From: Vicinamibacterales bacterium | GTDB lineage: Bacteria; Acidobacteriota; Vicinamibacteria; Vicinamibacterales; UBA8438 | NCBI GenBank assembly: GCA_965199675.1 | Contig: CBDATI010000028.1 | Location: forward strand, 19,205 to 83,204 | Direction: 5' to 3' | Length of the DNA stretch: 64,000 nt | Shown here: in pieces, positions 47,151-55,401 of the stretch | How positions within the stretch are numbered: the first letter of the stretch is position 1 | Layout of the letters: each line of letters opens with the position of its first letter | Position numbers and translations under genes: made by a program | The notes under the pieces: model-generated | Told to the model about the DNA's origin: nothing | Databases searched by the model: none | The model's input: only the letters and a program-made list of their open reading frames with translations

Positions 47151-47279
47151 GCGGCCCCTGGAGGACCGCGGGGGGCGTGGGCAGCCGGCTGTTCGTCCTG
47201 GCGTTGATGCTGTCGAGCCTGGTTCCGTGGGTCCCGACGGCTTCCGCGCAGGCTCGGCCCGGCCCGCCGCTCGGTCGGG

Positions 47280-48899
47280 TCAGGCGGTGGCGCCGGCGTC
47301 GATGCCCGCCTGCCAGAGGGTCCAGTTGGCGTTGATGGTCGACGCGCGTCCGGCGCCCTCGAACACGAGCAGGCGAGTGCCCACCTTGTCGATGAAGAAG
47401 CGGTCGTGGCTCACCGCGATGACCGCGCCCGGGAAGTTCACGAGGGCCCGCTCCATCACCTGCGTGGCGGTGACGTCGAGATGGTTGGTCGGCTCGTCGA
47501 GAATCACCACCGGCGCCCCCGACAGCAGCGCCAGAGCGAGGGCGATGCGGGCCCGCTGGCCCCCCGACAGGGTCCCGATCTCCTGCTGCAGGTCCATCTC
47601 GGAGAACTGCAGGAGCTCGAGGAACCGGTGGACCTGCTTGCGCGGGGCCCGGTGCGCGAGCCCCTCGACGTTGACCGTCCGGGTCACCGTCCCCCTGGGA
47701 TCGAGGCGGTCGAGGACGGCGTTGTAGTCGACCCAGGGGGCGCCGAGCTTCCAGTCCACGCGACCCGCGTCGGGCGCCTCCTCGTTGCGCAGCACGCGCA
47801 GCAGCGTCGTCTTGCCGCAGCCGTTGGGGCCGACGACCACCAGGCGGTCTCCCCGGTGCAGCGTGAAGTCGAGGCCGTCGAAGAGGACCTCCTCGCCGTA
47901 GCGCTTCGAGAGCTGCGTCACCTCGCAGAGCTCGTCGGCGGTGCGTATGCCCCGGTAGATGCCAGTCACGATGGTGTCGACCTCGCGCGGCGTCTGCTGC
48001 TTGCGGATGTTCGCGAGCCGGCGGGCGAGGGCCCGGCTCGGGTTCCGGGCCGCCTCTCGCCGATCCTGAATTGCCTCGGCCTCGAAGGCGAGCAGCTCCT
48101 CCTCGTGCCGGAACTCCCGCTCGATCTGACGCGTCTTCCCCCGCTTGCGTCGTACGAACTCGACGAACCCGCAGTCGTACTCGTGAAACCGGTGGTTCTC
48201 GATCTCGACGACGCGGTTGACGGCGCGGTCGAGGAAGTGCCGGTCGTGCGAGACCACGAGGGCGGCGCCCCGGAACCGAGCGAGCCAGCTCTCGAGCCAC
48301 GCCAGCCCGTCGAAGTCGAGGTAGTTCGTGGGCTCGTCGAGCAGCAGGACGTCCGGCGCCTCGAGCAGAATCTTCGCCAGCGCCGCCCGGTTCCGCCAGC
48401 CTCCGGACAGATGATCGATGGGCATCGTCCGATGCCGAGGGCTGAAGCCCAGTCGGCTGAGCGCGGTGTCGATGCGGTGCTCGCAGGTCCACCCGTCCCC
48501 GTGCTCCATCTCGGCCGTCAGGGCCTCGTACCGCTTCAGCAGCCCGGCCTGACCGTCGCCCGGGGCGCCTTCCGCGAGGGCGTGGGCGATGTCCGCCAGC
48601 TCCGCCTCGATCCGCCGGATCGGCTCGAACACCTCCCGCAGCACCGACTCGATCGACGCCTCGCCACTCAACGCCGAGAACTGCGAGAAGTAGCCGATGC
48701 GCAGGTCGGCGGCCACCTCGATCTCGCCCCCCGACGGTTCCTCCCGCCCCAGAATCAGCCTCAGCACCGTCGTCTTGCCCGACCCGTTGCGCCCGAGCAG
48801 CCCCGTCCGGTCGCCGGGGGCGAGGCGGTAGAAGACGTCGCGGAGCACCTGCTTCCGCCCGTAGCGTTTGGAGACCCGCCGCAGGCGGATGAGGCTCAT
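47280..48899 (-). CDS. ABC-F family ATPase (two ABC domains, no TM domain)
   Basis: Start moved to ATG 48899 (MSLIRLRRVSKRYG). Walker A GRNGSGKTT and GPNGCGKTT. Signatures LSGGWRNR and LSGGQRAR. Walker B LLLDEPTNYLD and VILDEPTNHLD. Charged inter-domain linker. Confidence 0.9.
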   Translation of the reverse strand: MSLIRLRRVSKRYGRKQVLRDVFYRLAPGDRTGLLGRNGSGKTTVLRLILGREEPSGGEIEVAADLRIGYFSQFSALSGEASIESVLREVFEPIRRIEAELADIAHALAEGAPGDGQAGLLKRYEALTAEMEHGDGWTCEHRIDTALSRLGFSPRHRTMPIDHLSGGWRNRAALAKILLEAPDVLLLDEPTNYLDFDGLAWLESWLARFRGAALVVSHDRHFLDRAVNRVVEIENHRFHEYDCGFVEFVRRKRGKTRQIEREFRHEEELLAFEAEAIQDRREAARNPSRALARRLANIRKQQTPREVDTIVTGIYRGIRTADELCEVTQLSKRYGEEVLFDGLDFTLHRGDRLVVVGPNGCGKTTLLRVLRNEEAPDAGRVDWKLGAPWVDYNAVLDRLDPRGTVTRTVNVEGLAHRAPRKQVHRFLELLQFSEMDLQQEIGTLSGGQRARIALALALLSGAPVVILDEPTNHLDVTATQVMERALVNFPGAVIAVSHDRFFIDKVGTRLLVFEGAGRASTINANWTLWQAGIDAGATA

Positions 48900-49063
48900 G
48901 GGACCGTCGGGGGAAGCGAGGCGCGGCTGAGTGCGGGAGGCCGCGCCCCGATGAGGCTCGACCGTCGGCCCGGTGGGAAGGTGATCGATGCCCCGTCCGC
49001 GGCAGGTCGACAGCGCCGCGGACGGACCGCTACGGGCGGCTTCGAGCATCGTGCGGTTGTTGG

Positions 49064-49093
49064 AGACGCCCCGGGGTTCGCCCCGGGGCGTCT
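49064..49093. terminator. Perfect 13-bp stem-loop downstream of the serine hydrolase gene
   Basis: AGACGCCCCGGGG-TTCG-CCCCGGGGCGTCT, about 50 nt past the stop at 49142 (minus strand). A second palindrome GGCGCCCC-G-GGGGCGCC sits at 49107-49123. Confidence 0.5.
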
Positions 49094-49141
49094 GGCCGAT
49101 TGCAGGCGCCCCGGGGGCGCCGTCGCCGTCGCCGCCCGCCG

Positions 49142-50440
49142 TCAGTCGATGATCGCCTGGTAGACGAGCGACCGCACCTTCTGCTGATCGTCGAGGCCGA
49201 TGGCGGGGATGATCTGCGTCAGGTAGACCACCACCATCTCCTCCTCGGGGTCGGCCCAGTAGGTGGAGTGGTAGGCGCCGCCCCAGCCGAATTCCCCGAC
49301 CGAGCCGGGCAGGCCGGCGGCGGCGGGGTCGTGGGTAATCGAGAAGCCGAGCCCGAAGCCCTGGCCGGGACGGAACGGGATGCCCCCGAGGTGGTCGCTC
49401 AGTATCGACTCGACGGTCTTGCGCGACAGGATGCGCTTGCCCTCGAACTCGCCGCCGTTCAGCATCATCTGCAGGAACGTGGCGTAGTCGGTGGCCGTCG
49501 ACAGCAGCCCCGCGCCGGCCGAGAACGCCTTGCGGGGGCCGTTCACGTAGTGTCCCTGGCCCACCATGTGGCCGGGCTCGGGGGCCCGTTCGAAGCGGCT
49601 GCCGCCGTCGACCGACGAGTAGACGGTGGCGAGCCGGCCCAGCTTGCCGTCGGGCAGGAAGAAGTGGGTGTCGTTCATCCCCAGCGGCTCGAACAGGCGC
49701 TCGGTCAGGAACTCGCCCAGCGTCTGGCCGCTGATCTTCTCGATCATCGCGCCGAGGATGTCGGTGTTGTAGCCGTAGATCCACTGCTCGCCGGGGTGCG
49801 CGTCCATCGGCAGCTCGGCGAGCCGCGCCATCGTCTCGCCCACCGTCTCCTCGCGGTCGGCGAAGTACCAGCCGGTGATGCCCGCCTCTTCCCACGCGTC
49901 GGCCGCGGCCCCGCGGCTGGCGAGCAGGCCCATGCCGTAGCTGATGCCGGCGGTGTGGGTCAGCAGGTCGCGGATGGTGACAGGTCGGCGAGCCGGCACG
50001 ACGTCGTAGCCGCCCTCGTCGTTCGGCTCCGCCACCGTCGTCTCGGCGAAGGCGGGGAGGTACTTGCCGACGGGGTCGGTGATGAGCAGCCTCCCCTCCT
50101 CCTGCAGCAGCATGACCCCGACGCTCGCCAGCGCCTTCGTCTGCGAGGCGATGCGGAAGATGCCGTCCGACGGCATCGGCGCCTCGGCCTCCACGTCGCG
50201 GTAGCCGATGCCCTCGCGGTAGGCGATCTTGCCGCGGCGGACGACGATGGTGACGGCGCCGGCGAGCCGCCCCTCGTCGACGAGGCCCTCGAGGGCGAGG
50301 CTCAGGCGGTCGAGCCGCTCCGACGACATCCCCACCTCTTCCGGCTCGACCCGGACCAGCCCCTGGCCGGCCGATGCCTGGGGAACGAGCAGCAGCGCGA
50401 ACACGACGGCGAGCGCCGTCAGGCGAATGCGTGAATTCAT
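49142..50440 (-). CDS. Secreted serine hydrolase, beta-lactamase family
   Basis: 432 aa. Signal peptide MNSRIRLTALAVVFALLLVPQASA. SxxK in FRIASQTKALASVGVMLL. Paralogous in layout to the 11623-12942 gene. Confidence 0.88.
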   Translation of the reverse strand: MNSRIRLTALAVVFALLLVPQASAGQGLVRVEPEEVGMSSERLDRLSLALEGLVDEGRLAGAVTIVVRRGKIAYREGIGYRDVEAEAPMPSDGIFRIASQTKALASVGVMLLQEEGRLLITDPVGKYLPAFAETTVAEPNDEGGYDVVPARRPVTIRDLLTHTAGISYGMGLLASRGAAADAWEEAGITGWYFADREETVGETMARLAELPMDAHPGEQWIYGYNTDILGAMIEKISGQTLGEFLTERLFEPLGMNDTHFFLPDGKLGRLATVYSSVDGGSRFERAPEPGHMVGQGHYVNGPRKAFSAGAGLLSTATDYATFLQMMLNGGEFEGKRILSRKTVESILSDHLGGIPFRPGQGFGLGFSITHDPAAAGLPGSVGEFGWGGAYHSTYWADPEEEMVVVYLTQIIPAIGLDDQQKVRSLVYQAIID

Positions 50441-50480
50441 GGCGTTACCTCGCGACCTTCTCCGATCTGAGCGGGCAGGG

Positions 50481-50944
50481 TTACGGGAAGCGAATTGCTC
50501 CTCCCAATGATAGCCGCGACGGCGGTTCTGGAGATAGGCCGGGCAGGTCGGGGCTTCGGCGCCGTGGCCGTTCCGGCTCGCGAGGAATGCGCTTCACCCG
50601 CACGCCGAGAAACGGGCGAAGTCCTGCCGATCCGCCATCAGCCACGCCTCCACGGCCCGAACCGCGACTCGCAACTCCATCCGTTCGGCCTGCGTGGTTC
50701 TGAAGAGGCGGTGGCGCAGCTTCGGGGCGCAGTCGTGACGGTCGAGGTCGCAGAGCACGAACCAGGGGGAATGGTGTGCGCCGGCGTTGAATCCGTCGAG
50801 GCGCTGGCGCAGGTTGCCGATCTCGCCCAGGCCGCCGCGTGACCGTCGAGGCGCCGCAGGTTCGTTCAGGCCATACCACCGCGGCGCTCGGCCGCTCTCG
50901 GCGGGCGCATTCCGGGTCCAAGGAGCGTCTGGGCATCTCTCCAC
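50481..50944 (-). pseudogene. Decayed DUF4276-like (Toprim-like) gene fragment
   Basis: Best frame: ...GGLGEIGNLRQRLDGFNAGAHHSPWFVLCDLDRHDCAPKLRHRLF...MELRVAVRAVEAWLMADRQDFARF. The expected continuation appears only in another frame (FLGVRVKRIPREPE). The N-terminal ~60 codons are unrecognisable, and no partner ATPase gene is adjacent. Confidence 0.35.
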
Positions 50945-51083
50945 CGCATCGGCGTCAGTGCCGCGACAGCACCCGCAGCCCGGTGAAGGGGGGCAGGATT
51001 GTCCGCCCGGCAGGAGGTCGGCGGGCAGAAGCGGGGATCGTCGGGGGCCGGGTCTGGTGCAGGCACGGCCTCCGGGCGGCGGG

Positions 51084-51112
51084 TTGATCTGCTATGACGT
51101 GATTTGTATACT
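51084..51112 (+). promoter_or_regulatory. Sigma-70-like promoter candidate for the padR operon, overlapping a short palindrome
   Basis: TTGATC-17 nt-TATACT, ending 17 nt before ATG 51130, in an AT-rich island. TTGTATACTGACAT contains the palindrome GTATAC and TGT-N6-ACA, a possible PadR operator. Confidence 0.45.
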
Positions 51113-51129
51113 GACATTTATATAGCAAC

Positions 51130-51747
51130 ATGAGCCTCGACCACATCCTCCTCGGTCTGCTTCGCGAGCCGGGCGCCGGCTACGACCTCGGGAAGGCGTT
51201 CAGCGAGAACGTGCGGCACTTCTGGTCGGCCGAGCTGAGCCAGATCTACCCGGCCCTGAAGCGCCTCGAGCAGCGCGGGATGCTCGGCAGCCGGCTCGAG
51301 CCCTCGCCGAAGGGGCCGAACCGTCGGGTCTACGCGCTGACGGAGGCGGGTCGGGCCGAGCTGCTGCGCTGGCTGCGCGGCGGTCCGGCGGTGGGGACGG
51401 AGCGGTTCGCCTACTTGGCCCAGCTCTACTTCATGGACGCGCTCGGCGACCTGCGCGAGACCCGCGCGTTCATGACCGCCCTCCGGGAACATCTGGTCCG
51501 CTGGCTCGCGCAACTGCGGGCGGTCGAACAGGAGGTCGTCGCCACCCACGGCGACGACACCGTCCGCTACAGCGATGCGGGCTTCCACCACTTCGCGGCG
51601 CTTCGGATGGGGATTCACTCCATCGGGTCGAAGGTGGCCTGGTGCGACGAGACGCTGGCCGCGCTCGACCGGCGCCTGGCGTCCTCGCGCGCCGCGGGGA
51701 CGGTGCCTCGGGACGAATCGTGGAAGGAGAAGGAGCACCTGTTATGA
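51130..51747 (+). CDS. PadR family transcriptional regulator
   Basis: MSLDHILLGLLREPGAGYDLGKAFSENVRHFWSAELSQIYPALKRLEQRGML...NRRVYALTEAGRAEL is a PadR winged HTH, followed by a C-terminal dimerisation domain. Confidence 0.9.
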   Translation: MSLDHILLGLLREPGAGYDLGKAFSENVRHFWSAELSQIYPALKRLEQRGMLGSRLEPSPKGPNRRVYALTEAGRAELLRWLRGGPAVGTERFAYLAQLYFMDALGDLRETRAFMTALREHLVRWLAQLRAVEQEVVATHGDDTVRYSDAGFHHFAALRMGIHSIGSKVAWCDETLAALDRRLASSRAAGTVPRDESWKEKEHLL

Positions 51748-52481
51748 CGAGCATCCTGGACCTGGCGATAGGCACTCTGATCCCGGCTCACGTCGCCGCC
51801 GGTTTCGTCGGTCTCGCGGCGTTCTGGATCCCGCTGTTCGTGAGGAAGGGCGGTCGACTGCACGTGCAGGCGGGCCGTGTGTACACCTGGTGCGCCTACG
51901 TCGTGACGCTGACCGCGGTCACCGTGTCGGCGGGGCGCATCGCCGCCCTCCAGGTGCAGGGCATCGGGCTCTCGGACCGGCCCGACGCGTACGGCTTCGC
52001 CCTCTTTCTCGGCTATCTCGGGGTCGTGACGTTCGCCACGGTGCGGCACGCGATGCGTGTGGTCGCGACGAGGAAGGCGCCGGAGATGCTGCGGACGCCG
52101 TTCCACGAAGCCCTCGCCTGGGCCTCGATCGCGGGCAGCGTCACCGTCATCGTGTTCGCGCTGACGGTGTGGTCCGATGTCTCGCCGATCCTGCTGGGGC
52201 TGAGCCCCATCGGCCTCTTCACGGGGCCGGGCATGCTGCGGCTGATGCGTCGTCCCGGCGCGCGGCGCATGGGCTGGTTCTACAGCCATCTGGGCTCGAT
52301 GCTGGGAGGCGGCATCGCATTCCACACCGCGTTCGCGGTCTTCGGGGCGCAGCAGTTGTGGGCCTACGAGCTCGCGGGGCTGCTCGCCGTCGTGCCGTGG
52401 ATCCTGCCGACGGCCCTCGGCGTTCCCGCCATCATCATCTGGACCCGGCACTACCGGCGGAAGTTCGAAGCCGCGTCGTGA
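51744..52481 (+). CDS. Polytopic membrane protein co-transcribed with padR
   Basis: ATG 51744 overlaps the padR stop (ATGA), with GGAAGGAGAAGGAG upstream. About 6 TM helices (AHVAAGFVGLAAFWIPLFV; YVVTLTAVTVSAG; FALFLGYLGVVTF; ...). Family not recognised. Confidence 0.7.
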   Translation: MTSILDLAIGTLIPAHVAAGFVGLAAFWIPLFVRKGGRLHVQAGRVYTWCAYVVTLTAVTVSAGRIAALQVQGIGLSDRPDAYGFALFLGYLGVVTFATVRHAMRVVATRKAPEMLRTPFHEALAWASIAGSVTVIVFALTVWSDVSPILLGLSPIGLFTGPGMLRLMRRPGARRMGWFYSHLGSMLGGGIAFHTAFAVFGAQQLWAYELAGLLAVVPWILPTALGVPAIIIWTRHYRRKFEAAS

Positions 52482-52598
52482 CCGACGTCGGCTCAGAGCG
52501 CTCCCGGCGCAACCCCGTGGTGCTACGACGCCCGCTGCGTCGAGCGGGGGCGGCATGGGATGACCGGACCGGCTCAAGCGCCACTGGCGCGACACGGG

Positions 52599-53639
52599 CT
52601 ACGACCCGGACTTCCGGCGGGCGGTAGCGTCTCGGCGGTAGCGGCTCTCCCTGTACCGGTCCACCCAGCGGCGAGAGCTCCGCCATCGACCGTCGGGCCC
52701 CCGGGTGGCCCGGAGACGTCCCCGTTCGGCCGCTGCCCGCAGCGCGGAGGCCTTCATGCCGGGCGTCTCCAGCGCCGCCAGCGGCACGAGCCTCGCCGGC
52801 CCGGCGACGGCCGGCATCACGAACCGGTGCAGGCTGTCGAGCATTGCCCGCGCGAGCATCTCGCCGAGGGGGCCCGACGCACCCGCATCCGCCTTGCGTA
52901 GCGCCTGAAGGTAGCGGGTGCGGTCGCGCTTGTAGATGATGACCGGCGGATAACCGAGCCGGACCAGAATGAGGTTGAGCACCAGCCGTCCCGCTCGCCC
53001 GTTGCCGTCGAGAAAGGGGTGAATCTGCTCGAACCGGCAGTGGGCTGTCGCGAGGGCGTCGGGAAGCCTCGCATCGGTGGCGTCGAGGGCGTTGACGCGA
53101 TCGAGCCAGGTCGACATCTCGGCCGGTACGAGCGGCCACGACACCGGGACCATGCCGCCGGGGAAGGGGTGGATCTCGTGTTCGCGGAAACGGCCGGGTG
53201 CTTCGCGCGGGGTTCCGTCCGGATGTGGCGCCACCTGCCAGACGGGCGTCATCGCGGTATGGTGAACGCGCCGCACCTCCTGCAGCGTCAGGACCGTTCC
53301 GGGATGTGCGAATCCGTTCGGGGTGATGGCCTGACGGTAGACCCAGTCCGCGGCGTCGGCGTAGCCGCGCACCTCCATGTACTCGCGGAGTTCCTTGTGG
53401 CCGACCGCCCTGCCTTCGTCGAGGAGCCGCTCGACCTGTTTCAGCACCAGCGTGTTGCCCTCGATGGCGGTGGAGTGGTGAGCTTCCTCGTACCAGATGT
53501 TGCGCCAGGTGCCCGCCGCCTCGACCGGAGTCGGCAGGCCGCCCAGCCGTTCTCGCAGCTCGGTGATCTGAATGGCGAGCTGGCGGTACACGTCCGCTCG
53601 TCGCGGGCGGCCCCGACCCCGAGCATTTTGTTGCGTCAT
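52599..53639 (-). CDS. fic: Fic/DOC family protein (AMPylase-type) with C-terminal winged-helix-like extension
   Basis: Start moved to ATG 53639. EEAHHSTAIEGNTL (N-terminal Fic motif) and the catalytic loop HCRFEQIHPFLDGNGRAGRLVLNLIL (HPFxDGNGRxxR). Confidence 0.88.
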   Translation of the reverse strand: MTQQNARGRGRPRRADVYRQLAIQITELRERLGGLPTPVEAAGTWRNIWYEEAHHSTAIEGNTLVLKQVERLLDEGRAVGHKELREYMEVRGYADAADWVYRQAITPNGFAHPGTVLTLQEVRRVHHTAMTPVWQVAPHPDGTPREAPGRFREHEIHPFPGGMVPVSWPLVPAEMSTWLDRVNALDATDARLPDALATAHCRFEQIHPFLDGNGRAGRLVLNLILVRLGYPPVIIYKRDRTRYLQALRKADAGASGPLGEMLARAMLDSLHRFVMPAVAGPARLVPLAALETPGMKASALRAAAERGRLRATRGPDGRWRSSRRWVDRYRESRYRRDATARRKSGS

Positions 53640-53895
53640 GAGCAATTGAAAGTTACCGAACACATTTCGGGTAGTTTGTCGAGTTCGCCCGAAGATAATT
53701 TTACCGAATACTTTTGCCGCTCCGGGGCCGTCCGAGAGCCGGGCGGCTAGGCGGTGGTCGCGGTCGCCTGACGCCACGCCCCCGGACGGACGCGCAGGCG
53801 CTCGGCGTCGCCCGGTGGGCCGACCTCTCGCCGGTCTGCGCAGCGAGCGCCCGCCGCACGGCGCCTCGACCGGCGTGGCGGGGGCGGCGAATCGG

Positions 53896-54927
53896 TCAGA
53901 TGAGGTGGCCCGTCCAGCGCCCGGCGAGCACGATGCCGGCCCACAGCAGCAGCGATGCGCCGCCGGCGATGCGGGCGGCCGGGGGCAGCTCTTCCGCCGT
54001 GTCCCACGCCGCGATGCCGCGGAACGTCCGGAAGTGGAAGATGGCCATGTTGACGAACGCCAGCGGCAGCAGCAGGAACTTGATCTGGAAGGCGGTGTTC
54101 TCCACGTATCCCGGTGCGCGGGTCACGAACATGCCGAAGCCGGTGACCGCCGTGACCACGAAGGCCGCCCACGTCCACGGGAGCAGCTTGCCGGTGAGCT
54201 GGCTGACGGGGTAGCGGAGGGCGGCGACGCCGAGCAGGCGCAGGTCGACGGTCATGATGGTCCCGACGACGAGGCCGATCCCGATCACGTGGATGGACTC
54301 CAGCATGGGGAACCACCAGGTGAAGCCGATGTGCTGCGACAGGGGGTGGTCCTGAATCCACTGCCAGATGGACGGGTACGCCTCCAGGCTCTCCCAGGGG
54401 AAGGGGACCGGGAAAGGATCGGTGATGTACTCGGAGTACGCGATCCACCGCCCCGCCAGCATGATGCCGATCCAGAGCAGGAGCGACACGCCGGCGATGA
54501 GCCGCGCCACCAGCAGGCGGTCCTCCGACTCCTCCCAGTAGCCGTGCTCCTTCCGGTTCTTCCAGTAGACGAGGAACGCCAGCGCGACGGCCAGCAGCAG
54601 CAGCGAGAACTTGGAGACGGCGATGGGGTTGTAGATGTAGCGGGCGGGTCGCGCGAGGACGAAGAGCATGCCGGTGGCGAAGTTGACGGCGAGGGCGCAC
54701 CACGTCCACGGCAGCAGCCGCCGGATCATCTCGCTGGTGTTGTGGCCGCGCAGCGCGAGGCCCAGGAACCGCAGGTCGACCATGACGATGGAGCCGACCA
54801 CCGCCGCGATGCCCATGATGTGGAACGACTGGGCGATCGGGGGCAGGCCCGGCACGTTGCCGAGCAGGTACACCATCCACTCGCGGGTCGGGCTTTCCGC
54901 AAGGGTCTGGGCGAGGAAGTCGCGCAT
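53896..54927 (-). CDS. Integral membrane protein made of two tandem DUF6644-like halves
   Basis: Half 1 (PPIAQSFHIMGIAAVVGSIVMVDLRFLGL...LLPWTWCALAVNFATGMLFV...) and half 2 (WFPMLESIHVIGIGLVVGTIMTVDLRLLGV...LLPWTWAAFVVTAVTGFGMFV...) align position by position. Confidence 0.75.
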   Translation of the reverse strand: MRDFLAQTLAESPTREWMVYLLGNVPGLPPIAQSFHIMGIAAVVGSIVMVDLRFLGLALRGHNTSEMIRRLLPWTWCALAVNFATGMLFVLARPARYIYNPIAVSKFSLLLLAVALAFLVYWKNRKEHGYWEESEDRLLVARLIAGVSLLLWIGIMLAGRWIAYSEYITDPFPVPFPWESLEAYPSIWQWIQDHPLSQHIGFTWWFPMLESIHVIGIGLVVGTIMTVDLRLLGVAALRYPVSQLTGKLLPWTWAAFVVTAVTGFGMFVTRAPGYVENTAFQIKFLLLPLAFVNMAIFHFRTFRGIAAWDTAEELPPAARIAGGASLLLWAGIVLAGRWTGHLI

Positions 54928-55159
54928 GGGTCGGGTCTCTCGTCGAGGGCCGGCATCGAGCGGCCAGGCAACGGCGGTTTCCGCGCCGCCATTCTAGCAG
55001 CCCCGGGCGGTCAGGTCCGTTGCCGTGCCGAGCGGCGCGGTGTGTCACTGGGGTGGCCGATGCGAGCGAGTAGCCGCACCAGCTCGCCCACCGTTGCTGG
55101 CGCCGGTCGGCGTCGTGCCCTGCGGGTGGCGACCCGGTCCCGCGTGAGCCGGAGCCATC

Positions 55160-55263
55160 CGCCGGACCGGCGGCGCCGGTCGGCAGGTCTGGGGACCGTG
55201 AAGCGGCGCATCAAGGGCCGGTTGATGGTCTCGCCGGACCGGCGGCGCCGGTCGGCAGATCTG
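55160..55263. repeat. Two copies of a 32-bp element, each containing the 17-bp palindrome GACCGGCG-G-CGCCGGTC; candidate operator pair
   Basis: CGCCGGACCGGCGGCGCCGGTCGGCAG(G/A)TCTG at 55160-55191 and 55232-55263 (31/32 identical, 72 bp centre to centre). They lie in the 470-bp divergent region between the DUF6644-like gene and the PQQ dehydrogenase gene. Confidence 0.8.
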
Positions 55264-55401
55264 CGGGACGGCGGTTTGGCGGGTTGGGTGCGCTTGCAGC
55301 CCGGTCGGCTATGCTATTCGAGGGCGCGAGGTTCCCGCCGCCGTCAGGCGTCAGCCGCGTTCACTCGACCGCCTTCCGACATCCGACGAACAGGAGTCCC
55401 G

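Noticed and set aside
53815-55401. N-terminal 529 codons of the 1057-aa plus-strand ORF that ends as the PQQ dehydrogenase
   Set aside because: This part is antisense to the well-supported DUF6644-like membrane gene and crosses the intergenic repeats. The signal peptide and SD define the true start at 55402.
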